Under the pieces are notes generated by a model. That model was not told the DNA's origin, did not search any database, and worked only from the letters and a program-made list of their open reading frames with translations. The translations under genes were made by a program, and so were the position numbers. From Octopus vulgaris (lineage: Eukaryota), in contig OX597823.1 in the NCBI GenBank assembly GCA_951406725.2, forward strand, positions 65,472,001 to 65,536,000: a DNA stretch of 64,000 bases. The letters run 5' to 3'. Below, one piece after another: positions 54,567-64,000 of the stretch (position 1 is its first letter; each line of letters begins with the position of its first letter).

Positions 54567-55630
54567 ACAATACTTACCAGTAATCTACGAAAATTTATAG
54601 CCAAGGGATGTGCGCAGCATGAGACGCATTTACTCCAGCATTATCCGCGTCATCACAAAAATTCACATTTTCCATCATATTACTTCTTGCACAGTCCTTC
54701 ACATTCCTCAACCACTATTTTTGTGATGTTCTGAAACACTTTTACTATGGCGAAGAGAGTTAATAATTAGCTATGGTGATATTTCACAAAAAAATGCTTT
54801 AATACTTTATATATATAAAATTCGGAGTATAATTGTATAACCTTTCTTTTTAAAAGACATAAAATTTCCTAAATTGCCACTATGGAAACGCATGGCAAAT
54901 ACTCATAGAGTGAAAATTACTACTGCACAATAAAAAATAATTTGTCTTTCCAAATAGTCCACTTCTGCTAAAACTGCTGCTGTGGCCACAATCTAGTAGT
55001 TTGCTCCTTTCCTTGAACTCATAAATTCCCTTACTGTTAATCGCAAATATGCAAATCAATCAAATTATTTGAACATTTTCCCAGTTATAGTTTAATTGTA
55101 TTGACAATAAAATATATCTTTTACAATTTCCGCATCATGAAAGTAATGTGATGTACATTACAATTTCTGAATCGTTCAAAATTATTTCCTCATCCGAATG
55201 ATTTGTAAGGCTATTGAAATTTAAAATTGCTATAACAAAATTAGTTTCTCCTCTGGAATTTTAAATAACGTTCTAAACATTTAAAGTATTGTAAAATCTT
55301 TAAATAGCACTCCCACTTCAATGTTGGGGCTTCATAATCTTGTAGAATGATTAGTGCCTTTGATTCTATTGTTATTTTGTATGTTAGAAAATTTTGAAGT
55401 ATTTCCTGCAATGTTATTTTAATAAGCAATTTCAATAAAACATATACGTACACGTATAAAATTCTCTACAATCTTCGCAAGTTCTTTATTGTATTTTTCT
55501 CTCTCTCTCATACATGAGACCAGCCTTTGCATATTAATGTTCCACCTCAAGAGAAATATATTTCCAAATAAATGTTAAATATAACGTTTTCTGGATTTTT
55601 TTCTCATTGGTAAAAATACTGTTCATTGCG

Positions 55631-55688
<58 letters not shown>

Positions 55689-56465
55689 ATGTATGTCTAT
55701 ATATATGTATATACATATGCATGTGAGCATATGTGTATGTATGCATATTGATATATTTGTAATATTGATGAGAATGCTATTTGCAGCTCACATTAAACTA
55801 GTTGAAATATATATATAATAAACCTTGTTTTACTTTCATATTTTTGTACATAAATCATTTTGTAAAACTAGATATAAAACTCAGATAAATGTCTATAGAA
55901 AATGAAACAAGACTTATATTTAATGATTACCAAATGAATTTGTTTTCCATTTACTAATACATTTCTGTTATGAATTGCAATTTGGAGCCGAAGAATAAGC
56001 GATAAATTTGTTTGCGACTCGATTTCCTTTCGCATTCTGAACTTAAAAAATATTGTATAACAATTATTAAAGCGGTAAAATTTGGAAAATTGAAAGTGTG
56101 TTAAAATATTGCTAGGTTGGCAGAAGAGATAGTGCTAGCCGTGTATTGGCAAAAGTAAGGAAATCGTGGGATAAACTGGTGGTAGATTAGCAGAACTGGT
56201 AGAGCGTAGGACAATATGCACTGAAGTACTTAATTACGACATGCTAAGTTCTCAAGTCGAACTGCAGCCAGGAAGACAGCGTTTCATCTAGGCGGGAGCG
56301 GTTGAGTAGCCTACAAGGTTCAATATATTTCACTGATTCCAAATGTGTGCCTTTGTCCGAATGTGAGCACTTTTAATAGTAGTAGAAGTAGTTTTATGGC
56401 TTTTCTATATTCTCATAAATGTCTTTACATCACCCTACGAGGCAAAGGATCGCAAAATTTTTCAT

Positions 56466-56661
56466 CGCTTACTTGTTTCCGTCATTGGTCTGCGGCCAAG
56501 TGGGAATACCGCTCTGAAGTCGAACATATCAATCTCAGTACATGTTTTGTTTTTAAATATCGATTATTCCCTCGATATTTTGCTAAAACTAAAACGGACA
56601 TAATCAAACCAAAACCGGTTAGAAGAGAGACATGAATACAATACTCACCAAAATGCACACC

Positions 56662-56700
<39 letters not shown>

Positions 56701-56702
56701 TT

Positions 56703-56749
<47 letters not shown>

Positions 56750-56945
56750 TGTGTGTGTGTTTGGTTTGTGTGTAAGTGTATGTGGATGTGCATATACGAT
56801 AGGCTTTCACACAGTTTCCGCGTACCAAATTCATTCAAAGGCATTAACAGGCCATGAGCTATAGCATGAAAAGATTATCTAAGATACCGTGCAGTGGGAC
56901 GGAAACCGAAACTATGTGGTTGTAAAGTGAGACCCTTCATCACAC
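56466..56945 (-). mobile_element. Old Twin-like SINE
   Basis: Weak similarity at both modules (cttgtttccgtcattggtctgcggcca; cagtttccgcgtaccaaattcattcaaagg). Confidence 0.55.
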
Positions 56946-57164
56946 ATTCTTGTAGAGTAATTTACAAAAGAACTTACAATATCATTAACATCAAATGTAA
57001 TTTCCTAATTTCTATCATATCAGGCACAATATCACAGGCAATCCTTCTGGGATCGATGAAATATATTAACATTCAAATAGTGAGGACGAGTAAAACTCCT
57101 CATCTTCCAAAACGTTCGTAGATCTGTGTATATGCTATAAACCATCATTATTAATATTTCCCCT

Positions 57165-57360
57165 CCGAATGCAGTGAGCTGTTAGAATGGTTACGCGCCA
57201 GCAAATGCTTAACAGCATTTCTTCTGACTCGAGATTCCGAGCTCAAATACTTTGGGGGTTGACTTTGCCTTTCATTCTTTGGGGTTCGATAAAATAAGTA
57301 CCAGCTGAGCACCGGCGTCGATGTAATTGATTTACAATTTACCCAGAGTTGTAAGCCTTG
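57165..57360 (+). mobile_element. Meta-core SINE, diverged
   Basis: gactttgcctttcattctttggggttcgataaaataagtaccag. Confidence 0.7.
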
Positions 57361-57529
57361 TTTCAAAACTTCAAACTAATAATTTCTTATGAGTGGTGTA
57401 TTTCTAGAGGTTAATGTAATATATAGCCGGTATTAACCCGGTTCTTTTCATACTGAACTGAAATCTCTCCGAGGCTCCGGAGGCGGTAAAAAATTATTGA
57501 AATCGATTCACTTGAATTTTCTTTTTCTT

Positions 57530-57775
57530 TGCGCCCTTTTAAAGCCTAGCCAGGCTCATGGGCCCGGTTCCCCGGTTTCAATGGTGTATGTGTTCCCCAG
57601 CTGGACGGGACGCCAGTCCATCGTAGCGTTACTCATTTTGCCAGCTGAGTGGACTGGAACAACGTGAAATGAAGTGTGTTGCTCCAGAACACAACGCGTC
57701 GCCCGGTCAAGGAATCGAAACCACAGTTTTACGATCATGATGCTGACACCCTAACCACTAAGCCACACGCCCACC
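57530..57775 (-). mobile_element. tRNA-derived SINE, different core but same tail as 38490-38801
   Basis: Head gggcgtgtggcttagtggttaggg...gtttcgattcc. Tail gatggactggcgtcccgtccagctg...gggcccatgagcctggcta. Confidence 0.85.
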
Positions 57776-59609
57776 CCACTTAAATATTACCATCCTTTAA
57801 CAGTCCATGTGGCTGTCAGGAAACAGTTTCCACTCTTTACGGTTTTGCGATTTTACTTCAGGCTCATTAGGTTCTGAGTTCAAATCTCGTAGCGGTCAAA
57901 TTTTCCTTCTCAATTTCAGGGTGGATGAAATAAAATATCAATCAAGTACCGGGGTCGATGGTATCGACTATCCTACTTCTCTGAAATATTCTGGTCCTCT
58001 ACTTAATTTAGAAACCATTATTATTTTTATTTCCCATCACTGATATAATATTTCAGCTTTATATTGGGGACCCTGTGATCATCAATTTAATAAAAGAACA
58101 CAAACTGACATAACATAAGTAGATTATCCAGCAGAAATATTTGACTTTATTTCAACAATTTGACCTTAATTGTTTAGTAGTACCTGCAAACACTTCCACA
58201 GTGAATAATGTAATCTAGTTGCTTTATGTGTACTTACATCTAAGTAAATAGCAGCTGTTGATATGTTAATGCTTTATCCAAGATAACAAATATGATGGTG
58301 TTAATGCTGATGTTAATGTATTCTCTGTCGCTGTCAACGATGAGCATTCGCTCCGATTAACTGAACTGTCTACTAGTTAAGTTAACATGTAAGTGACTGA
58401 GTAAACCACACATGCACTTTAAATGTCGCTCACAGACTTAATCTTTTGTTTATATTGGTCTCTGGAGTCGGAGAAAGATGGTTCTGCAATTTCTTGCTGA
58501 ACAAGCTGCACAGATGATTTCCTTGTAGTGAATAAATTTTTGCACTGTAAATGATCTTATGCCCGCTTGAACAGGTGCTCTGTGCACCATACCTCAGACG
58601 TCGAAGTGATCGTAAAGCAATGTGAGATGAACTGTTTTACTCAAGAACAACGCGCGCCACCTACAATTTCACAATCGCGCGTGGAACACCTCGAAATCCT
58701 ACGCTATGTGATCTCACTATCAGACTTAAATATATAGATAAAATATATGGCAAAACTAGATATTTAAATTACAGTTCTAATCTAGATACAATAAGATAAG
58801 ATTATTACAGTTATAGTAAGATAAAGTCTAATTGTTTGAAGAGGATATTTATTACATGCAATTTCCCAAAAACAAATGCTCACACAATAAATTTGAAATC
58901 CTCTTTCCTGTTATACACTGATATTTTGGTTTACGAATTTAGTTGATTTGATTTATGAATTTAGTTGATTTAAAATAATCATCACCTTTATTGAGCACAA
59001 CTATGATCAATGTCGACCAAAGCATGGCCATTACGCATATTCAAATTGAAATAAAGATATCTTAAGGACCACATTATGAACGTAAACTTTCGCTTTTTGA
59101 GCAAGCAGATTTGATTAGAAGTTTCGTACTAGATTTAGCTGCTATTTCTAGCTCGTCGAGCGACAGCTTAAAGGATCCTTAGTTCGAGAATGTAACGTAG
59201 ACAACAAAGCGAGTGTTAATTAATCAGTAATTCATATTAACTGCGTAGATAAATTAGTGAGTTCACTAATTTAATTACTATTTTTGTTTCAGCTATTTAT
59301 GCCATTGTCGTCGTCAACTCTTAGTCCATCGCCGTTGCTGCCGTAATCATCTCCATCGTCGCTACTTGTTGTTCCAAGATTAACCCTGCTGCGTTTGAAA
59401 AGACCTCTAATCGAAGCCATTGTTACGATGATGTTCCTTATTTTAAGAGAGTGCGGTGTGATTTAAGACAATTTTAGGCGCTATTTTCTAGCAAGTCACT
59501 TGACATTATGGATGCTTTCTTGTCGATAATGATAAAGAGCGCAGGAAAAACGGTGTTAATGAAGCCTCATTTCTCACATGTATCGCGTGCCTGGCGAATA
59601 ATTTACGTA

Positions 59610-59946
59610 TTATTCTTTTATTCTTTTACTAGTTTATTTGTTTCAGACATGTGACTTCGACCGTGTTGGAGCACTACCTTAAGGGATTTTAGTCGAACAA
59701 ATCGACCGCTGGACATGTTTTTCTAAGCCTAATACTTATCCTATCGGTCTCTTCTATCGAACCGCTAAGTTACGGGAACATAAACACACCAGCAGCGGTC
59801 GTCAAGCGATGGTGGGGGTTAAACACAGACACACACACGCACTCATATACATACGACTAGCTTCCTTCACTTTCCGTCTACCAAATCCAAATCCACTCCC
59901 AAGGATTTGATCGTCCCGAGGATATAGTAGAAGACACTTGCCCAAG
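59610..59946 (-). mobile_element. Twin-like SINE, 5'-truncated
   Basis: Reverse complement of the 25436 family. Confidence 0.75.
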
Positions 59947-60076
59947 GGGGAAACCTCAGCCTTACATGCTTTCAGCGAGTAACTATTTCCTCCAGTCAAA
60001 AAGTTAACCGAGAGCTCTTAATGCCGCTCCTATCTTACAATTTAAGCATTTCTCATTCACACATGCTTCAGAGATG

Positions 60077-60164
<88 letters not shown>

Positions 60165-60170
60165 TTACTA
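60077..60170. repeat. (TAC)n microsatellite
   Basis: Direct reading. Confidence 0.95.
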
Positions 60171-60189
60171 CAACCACCACCATCACTAC

Positions 60190-60421
60190 CTATTTCTTTA
60201 TTACCCACAAGGGGCTAAACATAGAGGGGACAAACAAGGACAGACATAGGTATTAAGTCAATTATATCGACCCCAGTGCGTAACTGGTACTTAATTCATC
60301 GACCTCGAAAGGATGAAAGGCAAAGTCGACCTCGGCAGAATTTGAACTCACAGCGTAACGACAGACGAAATACGGCTACGCATTTCGCCCGGCGTGCTAA
60401 CGTTTCTGCCAGCTCGCCGCC
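60190..60421 (-). mobile_element. Meta-core SINE
   Basis: One unit of the 35264-35820 family with head aggcggcgagctggcagaaacgttagc. Confidence 0.85.
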
Positions 60422-61462
60422 TTGCCACCACCACCACCACCACTACCACCACCACCACCACTACCACCACCACCACCACCACTACCACAACAACAACAAC
60501 AAATCATACCTGCACTATACCATTTTATTTCTTTATATATTATGTTTAGTATCAGTACAGAATCGCATATGCCGTTATAGAAGATTCTTAGAATTATAAT
60601 TGCTCATTAAGTCAAGTATAGCAGCATCTTCTTGCAAGTTCTATTGTTGCAGCTTAAGAGAAGACGCATTTTATGCTCTTGTAAAAGAAGTCCAGCTAGA
60701 GGCTGGAAAGCGACAAGATCTTATTCATTTGTCAACGAAGCATTGTATGAATGACACTTGTTGCCAACTCTTTCTCCGTAAAATAAACCCATAAATCTGT
60801 AATAAAGTACACCTTGAAGAGTAGCAATAGAATGATAACGCAATTTAGGAATGTTTCGCAGCTGGACCCCTTAATTAAATTTTATCTTAGTTAGGTGGAA
60901 GAATCTGATTCGTAAAGACGAGCTTGAGTATACATTGGAAGTAAATAATTTGTTGTGGATCTCTCTTTATTTTCTGGATTAAAATCCTTCAGAGATCAAC
61001 GGCATGTTTCATTCTTTTAGGTTTGATGGAATGGGCTGCTCTTATTTACTAAATTATAATATACACACACACACAAAAATAAAACAGATACTCAGCCTTA
61101 CACAAAAATATAAAATGATGGTTGTATTCTTCAATAACTGTTTATACGATATCGCTATACATAAGACAAAGACTTTATTATATAGTTAACCAAGAGCATT
61201 CCATTGTTATAAATACCAAACACGACACCCTCTCAATGAATTCATTTGAAGCTGTATATATATTTTATACAAAACATGAGTCTATAGGCTGCTCGTCTAA
61301 TCATGTCGCATAAAAATGTCAATCTTATAATCTTTGCGTTGTTGTTTAGTTACAGTGGCCGTGACAGGATAGATCTTTGAGCAAAAGTGTTCAAGCAATG
61401 ATAACATCACAATTACATGCTGAATTGTGTATCTAAGGCTACACATAATCTCAAACGTATGG

Positions 61463-61765
61463 TTTGTTCCTTCTCGAGCCATGTCTGGCTCATAAGGGCC
61501 AGTTTCCCGGGTTCATTGGCGTATAGGTTCCCCACCTGGACGGGACGCCGGTCCGTCGCAGGTGAGCTGCAAGATGTAGGAGGAAAAGAGTGAGAGAAAG
61601 TTGTGGCGAAAGAGTCAGCAGAAGTTTGCCATTACCTTCTGCCGGAGTACGTGGAGCTTAGGTGTTTCGGTCATAAACACACACATCGCCCGGTCTGAGA
61701 TTAGAACCCGCGATCCCTCGATCGCGAGTCTGTTGCTCTAACCACTAGGCCATGTGCCTCCACAG
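61463..61765 (-). mobile_element. tRNA-derived SINE (OR-type) with 14-bp TSD
   Basis: tctcaaacgtatgg at 61449-61462 and 61766-61779. Confidence 0.88.
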
Positions 61766-61844
61766 TCTCAAACGTATGGAAATTGACAAAATAATTAAAC
61801 TAGAATAGAGGAAAAATATTTCGGCACTAGGATAGCTATTTCTG

Positions 61845-61935
61845 GAGAAGGATTAAGTCGATTACATCGATCCCATTGCCCAGCTGGTACGTATTTATCG
61901 ATCCCGAAAGGATGAAAGGCAAAGTTAACCTCATT
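61845..61935 (-). mobile_element. Meta-core SINE fragment
   Basis: tttatcgatcccgaaaggatgaaaggcaaagtt. Confidence 0.7.
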
Positions 61936-62981
61936 GCAGTGTTGCTTAGCAATAATGATATCAATAATTCTAATAGCGTTTATAGTTTTTGACGCCGACG
62001 ACGACATTAATGTACGCGCTCAGTATTATGATGATCATAGAATTGTTAGTCTTAATTGTAGCAATGGCAATAATGGTGTTAATATCTGTTAAAGGCCATT
62101 GTCATGATACTCAAAATGACGGTGATGATAGAAAGGAGAAAAAGAAGGATAACCATGATGATGGAAGTAGTGCAGGTGTTGGATACAAAGGTGATATTGG
62201 TTGTGATTTTGCAGCTGGTTGAGTCATTAGAGTACCATTGTATTCTGACTCAGCAAATGTGGGATCGAGTCCCACCCAGAGCCAGGATTGTTTTCTTTTT
62301 TTCCTTTCGTGGTCGTCAAATGTCCAAGTCTGCAGCAATGTATTGGTTGCACTGTGAACATTTTAGAGCGAATTAACAGCGGTATTTGCTTCCATTCTGT
62401 ATTTTTGAGTAAGAATACAAAAATGGCACTGTATCTGAAAAGAACTCTCGCCAATCCACAGGTCTAGCGTAGTAAGCGACAACAGTACATTCTCAAAACA
62501 TAGGTCAGCATATAATAGATGGTGCTAAGGGGTGGAGTTCAGAGACAGTATCTCCACCCCGAGAGATCTCTTGCTCTGGTAAATAAATTAAAGCTTGGAT
62601 GATTAGGAATGTTCTGACTCCATGGTGAACAGGGTAACATTATTAATAATAATAATGGTCACAGTGAACTAAATACCCATACAGATGCTAGAAAATATGG
62701 ACACGTTGGAGCATATGTCTGTATTCTTCATATGAGCACTTACTGTAAGCAAACGATAAATTGATTGGATATTGCTTAATATAGCCTGAAGCAAGAATGT
62801 GCAATGAAGTTTCCGTGAATTATTTTAGTCAATTTCTATAATAATATAGTGATGATTTTGAATTTTCGAATGTATATTTTTACGAAAATCAATTCTCATG
62901 AGATACATGTGAAAGTTATCTGGATACATAACGCATATATGCATACCTCAATATCTTTCCAATCTTTACCGTCTCTCTCCC

Positions 62982-63205
<224 letters not shown>

Positions 63206-64000
63206 TGCAAATTTGAGGCGACAAATTTATGGTTGCTGCAATATTGACGACTATTTTCTCTAATTCGTAAATGTAATCGTATGCACTCCCCCACACACAC
63301 AAACACACGCAAACACACAAACACGTGCATAGTCATATATTTGTATGCACGTATCGTATGTACACATGTATTTCTACGTATTCATATCAAGAATGAATGA
63401 AAGTGCGAATATACATACATATATATATATATATATACACACACATATTTTGCCATTGACGTCAATAAAACCTGAATTAAACGTACGGTATAGCGATTAC
63501 ACAACTCATATATTAATGAATTAGAACATAACCTCTCAAAATTATGTTGTTGCTGTTGATTACTAAGAGGTTAGCGCAGCAATATATTTTATTTTCACGC
63601 TTATTTATATAGCAGTACATCAGCTAATGTGTCATTTCTTTGAAGATGTTCAGATGAGATTCAAGGGACATTTAGTGGCTATTTCTACCAGTTCGAACAT
63701 CAATTAAGGGCCCGTGCGTTTGTTTGCTCATAAACATGTTCTCTAATGAGGTATTTAAGATCATGAAAATCTTTGTTTACATCCTTCTGAATCCAAGTAC
63801 AGCCGAGGTTAACTTTGTTTTCTTTCCTATTGAAATCGATATGATGTATGAGTTAAGTGCTGGGGCGATTTTCTGTATCTGTTTATCTCTCTGACTCTCA
63901 CTTTCTGGGAATCGGCTGCTTTTCACGAATAGTGGCAAAATCTAAAATCAGAACGCTAAGAGCTAGAATGAATATCGCATTGAATATTGTCCTTTGCATT

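Overview
AT-rich, microsatellite-saturated eukaryotic DNA whose SINE repertoire points to an Octopus genome. No host protein-coding exon could be recognised, and almost all ORF-track entries are translations of (TA)n, (CA)n, (TAC)n or (CAC)n repeats. The window is a mosaic of tRNA-derived SINEs, decayed Tc1/mariner elements and MITEs, a TTAA-flanked piggyBac-type element, non-autonomous Helitrons, and LINE fragments (CR1, L1/Tx1, R4/Dong, Hero-like). The most notable system is a set of type I hammerhead ribozyme (HHR) motifs in short non-coding elements anchored in (TA)n tracts. The best case is an apparently identical 484-bp tandem array at 7461-8458. Each unit carries an intact minus-strand HHR (CUGAUGA/GAAA core, GUC site, 8-bp stem I, palindromic stem III, G-U-rich stem II extension). 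This is the architecture of a non-LTR retrozyme or Penelope-like pseudo-LTR that could release a 484-nt, circularisable RNA. At least five other sequence-unrelated HHR or HHR-like motifs (some with variant cores) and several long fold-back palindromes occur in the same (TA)n context. All structures were paired by eye; no activity is demonstrated.
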